64,000 nucleotides of DNA, from the NCBI RefSeq assembly GCF_036365525.1, contig NC_090404.1, forward strand, positions 8,556,001 through 8,620,000, given 5' to 3'. The position numbers and the translations under genes were made by a program. This document shows, piece by piece, positions 24,007 to 37,651 of this stretch. The notes below the pieces were generated by a model that saw only the letters and a program-made list of their open reading frames with translations, searched no databases and had not been told where the DNA came from. This DNA is from Heterodontus francisci (lineage: Eukaryota). Each line of letters begins with the position of its first letter. The stretch's first letter is position 1.

Positions 24007-25479
24007 CTGCAGGATAAAAATGAATATTATCAATGTTTAGCCGGCGTTTACGCGGAGAAACTTGTCAATCGCAGGAATAGTTCTTTTTTTCGCGGTAATT
24101 TGCGTAATTTGACGCCTGTTCGAAATGTATTCACCGTTACTGAGATATGAACCAGTGCGGAGATGATGTGTATTTTATTTTGCACAGCGAGTTGTTATGA
24201 TGTGGAATGCAATGTCAGAATGGGTGGTAGAAGCAGATTGATATTAACTTTCAAACGGGAATTGGATAAATGTTGGACCAGGAAAATGCACGGGTCATGG
24301 AGGAAAAGCAAGGGGGAATGGGAACAATTGGACAGAACCTACAAAGACGATGGGCCGAATGACATCCCTCCATGTTGTCTGATTCAATAATTCTATTGAA
24401 TTTCTGTGTCTATTTTTCTTGGTGGAAGGCAAACTGGAGGAAACATTTTAATATTAGTGAGAGAATCACTTTACAAAAACTGTCAGTCCGGGAGTAACCC
24501 AGCTGTGTTATATCAGTACGCACAGTAAGATCCAACAGAGAGTAATGAAATTCATCAGCACAGATTGAGCGAAACTGACAGTGAACATCAAAGGTCATTC
24601 GTTTACAACAGTTCAACACTACATGAGAGCTCATTGTTGCCTTTCACTCTATTTGTCTAGTTTCTTGCATCAAAAGGGCCCATTTGTCTCTATTTCCCTC
24701 TAATTTGAAAAAAAAATGAAGTTAGTTTCATTTTATTTCTACATTTACTTTGTGCTGTTTGCGGTTCTTGCCATCATGGGAACTTGTCCCGAAGTCTCTC
24801 AGTTGTCAGTTGGGTTCAGTTTGTGCTATTTCCGCAGTGGTTTTACTGTTACTGACTGGGAACTGGCTCTTCTGGATCACTGACAATTTCAATTCCTTCA
24901 GCCCATTGGATAATTCACTCCTGTGTTCTCCAAGCGGAGTTTTCTCTGAATTTTATTTTGTACAGAATCTGCAGAGCAGGAACAGGCCATTCGGCCGAAC
25001 CGTTCTATACCAGTGTTTGTACTCCACACAAGCCTCCCGCGCCCGGACTCTAATTAACCATTTCCACCCTGAACCCTCTGTCCCTCTATTCATTGCTTCC
25101 TCCTTTTTTTTTCAAGTCGGCCCATAAATGCATCAATCCGATCGACTCCAACCACTCCATGTGGCAGCGAGATCCACATTCTGCCCTGTCTCTGGGTAAA
25201 TGAATCCTGCTTAATTAATTTATTCCGTCAGTGACATCATATATGAATGTCTCCTTATTCCGGATTCACCCACAGAAAATAGTTTCTCCATATCCAGCAG
25301 CCCATAATTTAAAAATGTCCATGAAGTCTCATTATTTTTCTCTGTTTTCCAGGGGAAAGAAGCCCAGCCTGTTCAAACATTCCAGATGGTTGTTGATTTT
25401 TTTCAGGATTTCTCAGTTTTTCAGGAGGAATATACGTTCCTCTAAGATTCAAAAACCCAACAGGAAAGATGAATTAACC

Positions 25480-28370
25480 ATGACTAACAAAACAAGTTAA
25501 AGATTACATTAGATCAAAGGAGGTGGCTTAAAGGATTGCCAAAAAAGTGTTAAACCCGAGGATTGGGAGCAATTTCGAATCCAGCAAAAGATGAGCAAGA
25601 AACAGGGAAAAGAATATGAATGCAAGCTCGTGAGAAACATAAAGGCAGACTGTAAAAGCTTCTCTAGATATGTGAAAAGGAAAAGATCAGTAAGGATAAA
25701 ACTGGGTCCATTACAAGCGGAGACAGGAGAATTTATGACGGAGAATAGGAAAATAGCAGAGAAACTAAACAATTACTTTCTGTCTCTATTTACGAGGAAG
25801 ATGCTGAAAATCCCCCAGAAATACTAGGAAACCAAAGGACTTGTGAAAATGAGGAACTTAAATGCCGTAGTATGAATAAAGAGGTAGCACTCGAAAAATA
25901 AACTGGATTGAAGGTTGATCTCTCTGGACCAGATGAGCTACATCCCAGAGTGTTGAATATTTATCTATTTTTATATTTAGAGATACAGCACTGAAACAGG
26001 CCCTTCAGCCCACCGAGTCTGTGCCGACCATCAACCACCCATTTATACTAATCCTACATTAATCCCATATTCCTACCACATCCCCACCTTCCACCTATGC
26101 TAGGGACAATTAATAATGCCCAATTTACCTATCAACCTGCAAGTCTTCGGCTGTGGGAGGAAACTGTGGGAGCCCCCGGTGAAAACCCACGCGGTCACAG
26201 GGAGAACTTGCAAACTCCACACAGGTCGTTGGAGCTGTGAAGCTGCAGTGCTAACCACTGCGCCACTGTGCCGCCCAGTTGAAGGAGGAGGCGACAGAGA
26301 TTGTGGATGGTTTGGTGATTATCTTTCAAAATTCTATAGATTCTGGAAAAGTTCCCGCAGACTGGAAAGTAGCAAATGTAAACCCGTTGTTTAAGAAAGG
26401 AGGGAGAGTGAAAACAGGGATCGAGAGACCTGTTAGTTTGACCTCAGTAGTAGAACAATGTTAGAATCTATTATAAAGGATGTGATAACTTGTTATTAGA
26501 AAATAACGTTATGATTGGGGAGAGTCAACATGGATTTATGAAAGGGAAATCATGTTTGAGAAACCGGTTGGAGTTTTTTTTAGGAGTTTACTTGTAGCAT
26601 AGATAAATGAGAACCAGTGGATGTGTGCATTTGGATTTTGAGAAAGTTTTTGATAAGGTTCAACACAGGAGATTATTAAGCAAAATTAGAATGTGGGATT
26701 GGGGGTAATACACAGGAATGGATTGAAAATTGGTTAACAGAGACAAAACAAAGGATACGAATAAATGGGTCATTCTCAGGATGACAGGCTGTGACTGGAG
26801 GGGTACCGCAAGGATCCGGGCTGGGCCACAGCTGTTCACAATGTATATAAATGATTCGGATCTGGAGACCACATATAATATTTCCACATTTGTTGATGAC
26901 ACAAAAATAAGTGGGAATGTAAGTTGTGAGGATGATGCGAGGAGGCTTCAAGCGATCTTCGGTGAATGGGCAGGAACATGGCCAATGGAATATAATGTGA
27001 ATCAGTGTGAAGTTATCCACTTTGGTGGATAAAATGGATTAAAAAAAACAGAAAGACAGAGTATTTCTTAAATGGTTAGAAGTTGGGAAGTGTGTTGTCC
27101 AAAGGGACCTGGGTGTCCTTGTTCATGAGACACTTAAAGCTAGCATACAGGTGCAGCAAGCAATTAGGAAGGCACATGGTATGTTGGCCTTCATCGCAAG
27201 GGGTTTTGAGTACAGGAGTAAAGGCGTACAACTGAGATCGTACCTGGAGTATTGTGTACAGTTTTGGTCTCATCTAAGAAAGGATAGACATTCCGTATAG
27301 GGAATGCAACGGAGGTTCGCCAGACTAAACCCTGGGATGGTGGAATTATCCAATGAGGAGAGATTGAGAAAAGTGGGCATGTATTCTCTCGAGTTTCGAG
27401 GAATGAGAGGTGATCTCACTGAAAATTGCAAAATTCTTACAGAGCGTAACAGGATGGATGGAGATAGGATGTTTCCCCTGGCTGGTGTGTCTAGAACTAG
27501 GGGACTTAGTCTCAGAATAAGGAGTAGGCCATTTAAGACTGAGATGAGGAGGAATTTCTTCACAAAAAAGGTACTGTATTTTTGGAATTCTCTACCCCAG
27601 AGAGCTGTGGAAGCTCAATCATTGAGCATGGTCAAGACATAAATCGATTGATTTCTGGATAATAATGACATCAATGGATATGGGGAAAGCACGGGAAAGT
27701 GGCGTTGAGGTAAATGATCAGCCATGATGTAGTGGAATGGCAGTGCAGGCCCGATGGGCTGAATGGCCTACTCCTGTTCCAATTTCCGATGTTCCTGTAT
27801 TCCTATGAATGTAAGAAATCGAAGCTGGTCATATAAGAACATCAGTAATAGGAGCAGGAGTAGACCATTCCACCTTTCAAGTCTGCTGCGCCATTCAATA
27901 AGATCAAGGTTGATCATCTACTCCATCTTCCCGCACTATCCCTAGGTCCTTTAATTCATTTAGTATCCACAAATCTATCGAACACTGCCTGGAATATACT
28001 CAGCCACTGGGCATCCACAGCTCCCTAAGGTATAGAATTCCACAGAGTCAGAACAGAAGTTTGAATGAAGAAATTTCTCTTCTTCTCGGTTCTAAATGAC
28101 GACCCCATATTTTTGACTCTAACCCCAAGGTGTAGACTGAGGAAACACCGCCCCAACACCTACCCTGTCAAAGCCCTTCGGAAATTTTATGTTTAACGAG
28201 GTCATCTCTTATTCTTCGAAACACTACGGAATATATGCATAGTCTTGTCAAACTTTCCTCATAGGACTATCCTCTTATCCCAGGAATCAGTCTCGTGGAC
28301 CTTTGTTTCACTCCCCCCAAAGCAAATAGATCCTTCCTTAAATAAGGTGATTAAACTGTACACCGTAGTA
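25480..28370. mobile_element. Degenerate CR1-type LINE (+) followed by minus-strand CR1 pieces, in the J to supporting-V intron
   Basis: VPADWKVANVNPLFKKGG, FVDDTK, FWNSLPQRAVEA fragments; homologous to 51845-55730. Confidence 0.85.
25965..26277 (-). mobile_element. tRNA-derived SINE present only in duplicate copy 1
   Basis: Same family as 16030-16355; the homologous site in copy 2 (~52330) is uninterrupted. Confidence 0.8.
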
Positions 28371-29389
28371 CCCTGGAGAACACCAGAGTTCATCACTGCC
28401 CTTCCCTCCATAAACTTCACCCTTCACCCTGGTGTCGGATTGTACTTCGAATGGCTTCGTTCAATATTTCTATCCATTTCGGTGAATTATTTTTAGCTGG
28501 TTCTAAATAGGTTGTCCTCCAGTCTGTACTTTTTCCCTTGAGTGTTCCTGATCTCCTTTCTAAGAACATTAGCACCTCATCCTCAATCCCTCAGTGTCCA
28601 GTATTGTTTCAATTAACAGTTAGCAGGGTTACAGTTAAATTACTCCAATCCAATCGCTCAAACATCAATATTTAATATAGAGAATTATCTGGAACTGAAA
28701 ACATTTGCATTTCAGTCTGAGGGCGGAAAAGGAGGGAAATGATTGGATGAAGGCAATTGAAATAAATTTCATCTACAATAAAACTAATTTCAGTCGCTGA
28801 ATCCCAATAATAAAATGCCAACGGCACCAACAACAGGATCTCTTGTATCTGAAGCCTGTTTTGTCATGTTGCCGTTTTTCTGCTGCTGCAGATATCGGGC
28901 TGGCTGCTGTCGTGTACTGTTCACTCTCCCTCTATTCACATTGCCCGGCTCGGACGACAACCTCCTCCCCGGGAGAGAGTTCTGTGACCCCGCTCATGTG
29001 CTCACAGGGACAATCACATGGAACACCGAGAGCGGGGTCGAAGTGTCGACAAACTGAGTTCATTTAGGAGAGAGGGAAAGAGAGTAAATCCGGAATGTTG
29101 ATGGGATGCTCGGACATGCCCGTGAAATCAATGCTGATCCAGATGGAGTCAAAGCTACCCGGGCCAGACTGCCTGCTCTGTGGGGGTGTCACATCGACTC
29201 ACTCGGGAATCACACCCGGACCCGACTCCCGGTTCATATTCTGTTCCCCAATCCAAAACTGCAATGGAAAAGCTCTATTGGAAACCTCTGTGTTTTAGTT
29301 TGAAGGGGATTGAAGTGTTACTGAAAACAATGATAAAGTGACAATGAGCATTTTACAGAGATGGCCTGTATGGGTTTGGAGTCACTTAC

Positions 29390-29453
29390 CGGCTGTGACA
29401 GTCACCACCGTCCCGGATCCATCCGCAGAAGCATCCTTCCGCTCATTATATAC
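29390..29453 (-). other. NAR-TCR J segment, copy 1, with 23-RSS at 29454-29492
   Basis: VYNERKDASADGSGTVVTVTA|gtaagt; plus strand CACAGTG (29454-29460), 23 nt, ACAAGAAGT. Confidence 0.92.
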
Positions 29454-29830
29454 CACAGTGACACCGCTCCCAGTCACCCTGGTACAAGAAGTACCGACAC
29501 CTCAATCTACCAGCCGCACATCACCAGATAGTTGGCGATGCTCAATTATTCCAGGGGTTTTAAATCATTTCACAATATTCCCTTGTTTCACAATCCATAT
29601 CTGTTCAACCTGCTGTTTTTGAGACTCTGAGCTCTTAGTGAAATGGCCCAGGAACAGGGGCCGGATTTGGGCGCTTGATATAAAAGGAGAATAATGTCAA
29701 TGAATAATGTCAAAGAAAGCGAACTGAAAGGAGGAAATTACAGTGAAATTAAACCAGATTACAGCGATAATAATATCAATCCTACAATTCAGGATCTGGA
29801 CCTGGAGTATTTATATTTTGATTTTACAGA

Positions 29831-29900
29831 GGTATTTGCTCAGATCTCAAGCACTGTGAATATCCCAGAAAACACAATGTTTCAAGTCAGCACAAAATCC
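29831..29900 (-). other. NAR-TCR D segment, copy 1 (14-nt core 29859-29872) flanked by two 12-RSSs
   Basis: GGTATTTGC-12-CACTGTG-AATATCCCAGAAAA-CACAATG-12-ACAAAATCC. Confidence 0.93.
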
Positions 29901-30260
29901 CCCGGTACCTGGTGAGATGTGGGGACATTACTTTAACAGCGGAGACTGCGGTTCCCGGTTCCAGCTGATAGATCAGGATCCCATCTGGTGTTAGGAATTT
30001 GGAACTGGGACCAGACATTCCCAATCTCCATTCACTGACAGAAAGCCCGGGAAAGACATCACCATCCGCAGACACTCGGCATTTATAAAACTCAAGATGT
30101 TAACGGTAACAATCCAATAACATAAACTAGACTGTGGAGCAGACGGTACGAGGGGGATCTGTGGGGTTGAACGGCAGATTAACTCCGTTTTTTCATTTGA
30201 TTCTGTGATAATCTGCAGTGTGAATTTTTGTACCGCGGGAAGCCGAGGCCCATCACTGTG

Positions 30261-30745
30261 TGTCATCGTACCTGTACTCAGCTTTACAGTAATAGGTGGC
30301 GGTGTCTTCAACTTTCACATCCCGAATTTCCAGAGAAAATGTTTTTTCTGCATTATTCGTCCTCACAGCAAATCGCCCTCCGCTGGAGATCCGCTCCCGC
30401 TTTGTCCCGGTCTGGGTTTGTCTGAAGAAATATCCATTTCGGAATTCATAGCCCCAAAACCCACCTTCATAGTAAACACAGGTGATGGTGAGAGACTGAC
30501 ACTCCTTCCTGGTCACCGCTCCCGGGGTCTGTGTCACTGACTGACTGAAAGAGCCTGGAAATTAAAGAGAGAGAGTTTAATGGGCCATCAGAGCCGAACC
30601 ACATAACGAGACTAAAATCCGAGACAGTGTCTGTAACTCGGATGGACTCAGGCAGTTTCATATTAAAGCCACACAATGTCGGTTTGTTTGGTCGGTACTC
30701 ACGGGGTAAACAGACACACAGGGTGAAAACAAGGAGGATTCCCAT
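30261..30745 (-). CDS. NAR-TCR V, copy 1 (leader 30745-30703, V exon 30554-30261), RSS 30223-30260
   Basis: MGILLVFTLCVCLP|gtgagt; SFSQSVTQTPGAVTRKECQSLTITCVYYEGGFWGYEFRNGYFFRQTQTGTKRERISSGGRFAVRTNNAEKTFSLEIRDVKVEDTATYYCKAEYRYDD. IgNAR-like (CDR2 deleted, RERIS-GGRF) with extra FR1 Cys; CACAGTG-22-ACAAAAATT. Confidence 0.93.
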
Positions 30746-33143
30746 CGTTCTGCTGCCTGGAGCTGATGGTTTCTCTGACGGGGAGCTGGAGACTGCAGCC
30801 CTGGACTGTTCTGGGAGACTGGACCTCAGAGCTGGACTGAAATACTTCAGGGCGATCGAGTTGATTGGCAGAGGGCAGTATCCCGGAGATCATTGATGGG
30901 CCGCACGGTTCCCGGGTCTCTGTCTGTCTGTGTGTTGTGTGAATAAGTGACAGGTTTAAAGAGGGAAGCTGCCGTTTTCGGTCACTTCATTGGGTCTGTG
31001 AGCCCGATGTGAAATCCCTCCCACATTCGTCTGATGTACAGGGGGTGGGGCTGGGGGGGCGTGGTTTCTGTCAGTAGAAGCTGCCGCCCTCCTTTCCCCC
31101 ACAGTAATGAGCTGGGAGGTCGCTCCATGTGCTTTTATTGAGTGGTGTTTGTTGAGGGTGGAATGTGGGCCCAGGACACCGGGAGAATCCCCCCTCCCCG
31201 CTCTTGTTCCAATAGTGCCGGGGATTCTTTAACATCTCCCTGAATGGGCTGGCGGGGCATCGGTTAAACGTCTGATCTGAAGGACGGAGCCTCAGACCCG
31301 GCAGCTTCCTTCAGTCCAGCAACTGAGGGTCAGGTTACAATTTGAGACAGTCCAGTGACATTGTCAATATCCAGGCAGATATACACAATCTACACAAAGA
31401 ATAAACTCTCCCTGTCATTTAAACACATGCTTCCTGCAGCCTCCCTTTCTGTGGTTTGTATTTAAAATGATGTTTGAATTCAGTAATGATTGATTTCCAG
31501 ATCTGTAATATTCAGTTGCCAGTTGCAGTGACAGAGAATGAAGAGACACCCGGAAGGACAATGGACATCGGGGGAACTCTGTGCTTGGGGCTTGTTTTAA
31601 AGATCACAGTCACTACCTTGTGCATTCCGTTTATTTTGTATAAACTGTCTCCGCCCCACTCTGATCAAATAAACTTTGTGAACAGGCCGCGGTGAAAGGC
31701 TCCGGGAAACTGACGGGGAGACAGGGAAAGGACTGCTCAGTACAAATATGGAGTTGTGGATCACAGCCCGGCACACACATGGCCAATAGTTTAATGGATC
31801 TCGCAGCACCTCCAGATGAGGCTGCCGCAGGGTCCTAATGTCCCCCTGAATACTAAACACTCATCTGCTTCATCGGAACATCATTCAAGACCACACACAA
31901 ACTGTCTGCTTGACGCATAATTTTTGCACATCAAGTATTTATCCAATTGCCTTTTACTTTTGAATGTTACTATTGAACCTACTTCCACTGCTCTGTCAAA
32001 TATAATAACTCTTAGCATAAAATTGTTTTATTTATAGAGCGACTTTCACGGAACGAAGCATCCCATCTACAGGTAGGGACAGAAATCTTGTTGAAATATG
32101 ATTCTTGCAGAGGCCAATGTTGCGGAGTTCTTAAGGCACCGGCTGCACTCGCACTAACAGAGGAAGGAATATTAGTAATGTCAATAACACTCATGTTACT
32201 GCACAGCCCAATTTAAAGAGTTCACGAATCCTTGAAAATAATCTGAAGGAGAAATGGTGAATGATTGAAGTTATTTCAATCCCCACTTCATGGAGGTTTT
32301 CATGAACTTGGTGAGGGAGCAGAGGAGATTTAATAGACTGTGATCAGCTATGGGGGACTTGTGGAGAGGCTAGAGAAGCTGCAGTTATTCTCTATATGTG
32401 AAATAAGATTAAGGAGATTTAATTGTGAGGTTCAAAATTATATTGGGTTTTGATATAATAGATCGCATGTAACTGATTCCAGTGGCAGGAAGTTTGATAT
32501 CCCAAGGACACAGATTTCAGGGAATTGCCACAAAAGACATGGGAGAGGAGATTTTTTTTTAAGGGCGAGTTTCATGATTTGGAATGTACAGCCTGAAAGG
32601 GTGGAGGAAGCAGATTCAATAGTAATTTTCAGAGAACTGTATATGTGCTTGAACAGGACTGTATGAGAGCATGGCAAGTAAGACTAAGGCGATAGCTCTT
32701 TCAAAGAGCCGGCGCAAATACGATGGGCCAAATGGTATCATTCGTGACTGTGTGATCCAATGTTTCTCGTCGCTTCATTTCTCCCGCAAGTCAGTTGTTC
32801 CCAGTCACCTAAACAGTGATCAGGAGCAGCCTGGCAACAGAATTCTGCCATCCAACTATCTCCCTTTCCACGACATCAACATCCTCACTGCGCAATCTCT
32901 GCAGTTACACAGAATCTTGAGTTAACTTAAACTGGAGTTGGTGGTAGCCCCGCCCACAGCTTTAGTTTGCTGCTCGCTCTCTCTCTCTCTTTCTCTCTGA
33001 ACTGCCTTGCCTGCCCCGTTTTGGAGATTGCTGTCGCTGGTCCTTGTTTGGTATTAAATCGGCAGTGCAGTGTGGCGAGGATCTGTCTTCCTGCTCCGAC
33101 AGAATATTTCCCAGACTGCAGAGTTACAGACTCCAGGAACACC

Positions 33144-33650
33144 ATGTAGAACCGTCTCTCACCGCTTCTCATTATTATATCACTTCTCAGTAAGTATTTC
33201 CTTCCCAGTAAAAATCCATTCTCCACAGAGCTGTCAATATGGGTGAAATGGTAGTGATGATGGTGTTGATGGTTAGATTGATCGATATGGTATTGATGCA
33301 CATTGTGCCTGTTACTACTTTTTGTATGTTTGAATGGAGCCACCAAGACACAATGGAACAGCCGACTCCTGAAATGATGGTTGAAGGGGAAGGTAATATC
33401 ACACTAATGTGGACCATGAAAACAAGCATTTCTAACACTTTCTGTGCTCCGGTACAGTCAGCACCCTGGGCAGCCTCCACAGTACGTGTTTTATCTCTAT
33501 GGAGGGAGAGTACACCGGAACCCCGACTTCACTGACCGATCCTCTTCTACCTTTAGCAAAACTGCCAAGATTACCCAGCTAAAGATCCACAACGCCCTGA
33601 TCTCTGGCACCGCTGTGTATTTCTGTGCCATCATGTGCCATGAGCCCCAC
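33144..33650 (+). pseudogene. TCR V pseudogene, copy 1
   Basis: Leader ATG TAG...|gtaagt; QDTMEQPTPEMMVEGEGNITLMW.../YSQHPGQPPQYVFYLYGG...LKIHNALISGTAVYFCAI; stop, frameshift, no intact RSS. Confidence 0.8.
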
Positions 33651-34683
33651 CCCGCTGCAGAGATGTCACTGATACTGTATTCACTGAGAGTTGCAGTTAG
33701 AGCTCACCAGAGGGCGCCCTCACACCAGTAAACAGAAGCTATAATTCAGCCTCCACTCTGAGATTCTCAGGAACCTTCTTAAAATTGCAATGAAGCACAG
33801 CAAGCAACAGCCACAGCTGATGTCCACTTGTGCAGTTATATTAGATTGTGATTACAACGCGTATTTATATGAAAAATTAACTTTATATTCGATCTGTGAT
33901 GCCTTGGCTCCCTTTTTGTTTCTCTATGCTCTCCCCCTGTCCACTTGTTCCTCATTATCGCGTGGCTCCACTGTTCAACTAAAAGTGAATACATTTCCTT
34001 TTTCCGGTCTTCAGTTTAAAGGTTTAAAACCTTTGTTTCTGCTCGGAATATAAATTCAGAACCGTTCCAATCGAGCTTCTATAAGCAGGAGCTGTCAGAT
34101 CAGGCCAATGGCTCAACGCAGAATTCCTCACAGCCTGTTCACTGCCATCTGACCACTTCCCAGTACAGCCACCAGAGGGCGGCAGATAGCAATACTCCTT
34201 TCATGGATCAAACGTTGGGCAGTGAGGTGATTTCTGTTTCACCAAAAGCTGAGTAAAACTTGGAATATATAGAAGTTTAATACTTGAAATCAATTTACTT
34301 CAATGGATTGGGAAGGTACATTGAATAATAATCCTCACAAAGAAGCATCCACGTATCGAACGATTGGTTTCTGATACTAACCAGTGAGCAGGACAAGTGA
34401 GTGGAAGTTGTGGAAGATGGTGAAAGAATATTAAAATGTGAATGACAAACACACTCTGAGATTTCATTTCTGAAGCCGCTCGCTGTCCCGTTAGTTGAGA
34501 TCGATGTTAAAGGTTTATTTCTGTTCGGTTGTTTTGTTCAGTAACAGCAGATATCATTGTTCAAATAGGAAGGATCTATAAATCAATCTGGTAAAATACA
34601 GAATCATTGTTAGTTCACTGGTTAACTAATCGGTGAAGGAAATCTCACTGGAGTCACGGTTACCAGTGTGCTGATGGTGAAGT

Positions 34684-34871
34684 TACTGGGATTTGAGAGG
34701 AAGTGCTGACGCCAGAAACGTGTTGCTTATCACCAAATAAGGCACATCCTCAGCCGACTTCGCCGAGCAACGTTTTACAGCAGAGCTGAGCACAGAGGAG
34801 AGCACCGTTCAGCTGAGAGTTTGTGGGGCGGAGCTGTCAGACAGCGCTCTGAAACCCACAGCTGCACAGTT
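34684..34871 (+). pseudogene. TCR alpha/delta V remnant
   Basis: YWDLRGSADARNVLLITK*GTSSADFAEQRFTAELSTEESTVQLRVCGAELSDSAL, followed by heptamer-like CACAGTT; YYC is missing. Confidence 0.6.
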
Positions 34872-35711
34872 CTATGACCAACAGAAAATAAAACAGCAGC
34901 AAACTGCGTATAAATAGAATCATGTGTGTTCGGACTAGCCGCCCTGTCAATGTCTGAATAAGACAAATACTGCTCGGATAGAATATTTCCGTAGGACAGG
35001 TCCCAACAGCTCTGAATACAGATTGTAGATTTCATTCATTCTATAATGAGGGATGAACAGGAGAAACCCACGCAGGATTAAGAGGCCAACTGACCGTGTG
35101 TAGTGTGTGTTCCAGTTCAGGTTTCTCCTCTTCACTGTCGATGTATTATTTTTCTATTTCAGTTAAACCAGCACAGAAATGTACCGCTTTATTGAGGATT
35201 GGGATTATAATCAAGGGGCTCTGTACCCTCCCTTTTCTGAATGTTTGTTTGATTTATGTTTGATGATGACTCACCGACATCATTATTTTCATTCTCCTGT
35301 AACATTGGAGTTTGCACTTAACAATCCACTCTGCCGGGTAGATTTCTTCTGGTCGCTTTAGCTAGAGACATAGTGAATACGTTCTCAAGTAATGAGAAAC
35401 TATGCCACTAAACTGGCCAGTAGATGAAATTTTCCATTCAAATTGGGATGTCACTAATACAGAGAGACCAGAGGCAATCTTCCCTTGTGCGTCCCCAAGA
35501 AGGTAAATGAAAGCCGATCGCTGCAAATCCACCACCAGCTCTCCTCCCCGCACAACCCCTCCCCCCGACCCCCATCAACCAACTTAGTGTTATTCGTGAA
35601 AGTGAGTGAAATAAACTGAACATCTCCATCTCCATTCAACACATGTCACTGTTTCTTTGAGACAACTTCCCTCAGGCTAAGTAAAAAAACAAACTGTTGC
35701 ACAGATTGGTG

Positions 35712-35960
35712 AGAGATCAAACTGCCTCTCATATCAATTAGAGATCAAGCTGCTTCTCAGGTCAATTAGAGATCAAACTGCTTCTCAGGTCAATAGGAGA
35801 TCAAGCTGCATCTCAGGTCAATTCGAGATCAAGCTGCTTCTCAGGTCAATTAGAGATCAAGCTGTCTCTCAGTTAAATAAGAGATCAAGCTGTCTCTCAG
35901 GTCAATTGGAGATCAAGCTGCTTCTCAGGTCAATTGGAGATCAAGCTGCTTCTCAGGTCA
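35712..35960. repeat. 28-bp minisatellite, about 9 copies
   Basis: GAGATCAAGCTGCTTCTCAGGTCAATTA units. Confidence 0.9.
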
Positions 35961-36215
35961 AAAAGAGAGCCAGATGACTATTTCGAATAGTCTTTCTGAT
36001 AAATAGTATTCTATGTTAATGTCTCAGTTGTCTAAGAGTAAAACACATACTTGTGGTTACGAAAGTGACATCAGAACAGTCAAAGCCAATCCTCACAACT
36101 TTTTCTATTTGATGTCCTGCAGGAAGTGACATCATACCAGTATCAGATCTTTCCTGTTCGATGCTCTACAGGTTTCTGAGATCCAAAACGTCCCTCGAAT
36201 ACCGGATCAGCAGAA

Positions 36216-37651
36216 ATGCGACTCCCTGTTCTCGCTGTGCTGTGGCTTTCATTCATTGTCGGTAAGAAACTTAACATATTTGAAAGGCATGAAATCGTGT
36301 GACATTGATCACAAGTCGTGGGAGTCAGTTGCCAGCATTCGCCAGAGCTGGCGGGCAGCCATAAAGACAGGGCTAAATTGTGGCGAGTCGAAGAGACTTA
36401 GTAGTTGGCAGGAAAAAAGACAGAGGCGCAAGGGGAGAGCCAACTGTGCAACAGCCCCAACAAACAAATTTCTCTGCAGCACCTGTGGAAGAGCCTGTCA
36501 CTCCAGAATTGGCCTTTATAGCCACTCCAGGCGCTGCTTCACAAACCACTGACCACCTCCAGGCGCGTATCCATTGTCTCTCGAGATAAGGAGGCCCAAA
36601 AGAAAAAAGAAGTTTCCAGTGGAATAAATTTGAAGAAGAGCGCGTTCATGTTAAATTTGTAATGAACCTGGTTAGACCACAATCGGGTTATTGTGAGCAG
36701 TTTTAGCCTCCAGATTGCAACATGGATATAGGAACAGAAGAGAATGGAGAAGAACGATTTGCAAGAATGATGCCAGAATTGAGAGATAATTTCGCAGAAA
36801 CCATTGTACAGGCTGAGGCTCTAATAAAGGGAAAATTGAAGGCTAATCTGATAGATATCTTTAAAATTGTGAAGTAGTTCGATAGGGTAGACGTAGAGAA
36901 AATGTTTCCACTCGTATAGAATTGCAAGTCTATGAACCATAAATATAAAAGTCACATACAGATCCGGTAGGGATTACAGGAGAATGTAATTCTCCCTCGC
37001 AACCACAAGGAGGGTTGAGGTGAATAGTATGGATACATTTAAGGGGAATGTAGAAAAACAGGTGAGGGAGAAAGGCATAGAAGGATATGCTGATAGAGTG
37101 AGATAAAGAGAGGTGGAGGATGCTTCGGGGGTGGGGGGTGGGGGGGTTTGGGTGTTAACGCTGGCATGGAGCAGTTTGACGGAATAACCTGTTCCATGCT
37201 GTAAATTCTATTGAAATTTATGAAACACTGACTGCGAATTTTCACAGTCGGTTCGATTCAGATGAACTTATAATCGATGATTTCCGATTTCTTTAACCGT
37301 GTGTTCCAGATCTGAGCGATGGAGATTCTGTTACTCAGCGGGAATCCTCGCTCACTCAGACAGAGGGAGAATATGTCACTTTAACCTGCACCTATCCCGG
37401 CGATGGTTATGACTTATTCTGGTACCCAGAATACCCAGGCAGACAGCCCGAGTTTGCAGTCCGGAGGTACAAGAGCGGCCGTGATGAATTGAAGACGGAT
37501 TTCGCTCGGAACCTGTTTTCTGATAGAGTCCAGCAGTCAGACAAGTTGTACCGATTGACCATCTCGAGCTGCGGCTGTCTGACACCGCGGTCTATTACTG
37601 TGCACTGAGCCTCACAGTGATGGGAACGAGCTAAAGCCTCGTACAATAACT
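36216..37651 (+). pseudogene. TCR alpha/delta V (leader 36216-36261, V exon 37310-37612, 23-RSS 37613-37651), single 1-nt deletion in FR3
   Basis: MRLPVLAVLWLSFIV|gtaaga; DLSDGDSVTQRESSLTQTEGEYVTLTCTYPGDGYDLFWYPEYPGRQPEFAVRRYKSGRDELKTDFARNLFSDRVQQSDKLYRLTIS/LRLSDTAVYYCALS; CACAGTG-23-ACAATAACT. Confidence 0.9.
36285..36610 (+). mobile_element. RTE-type LINE 3' end in the V leader intron
   Basis: WESVASIRQSWRAAIK...FLCSTCGRACHSRIGLYSHSRRC C-terminal zinc finger followed by an A-rich tail. Confidence 0.75.

Noticed and set aside
28880-29060. LQISG...VYCSL followed by CACATTG (also ~56245-56300)
   Set aside because: Could be a very old V end, but there is no upstream framework or convincing nonamer.
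31620-31760. GKGLLSTN peptide reminiscent of a TCR C or V FR2
   Set aside because: No Cys/Trp framework or splice sites.
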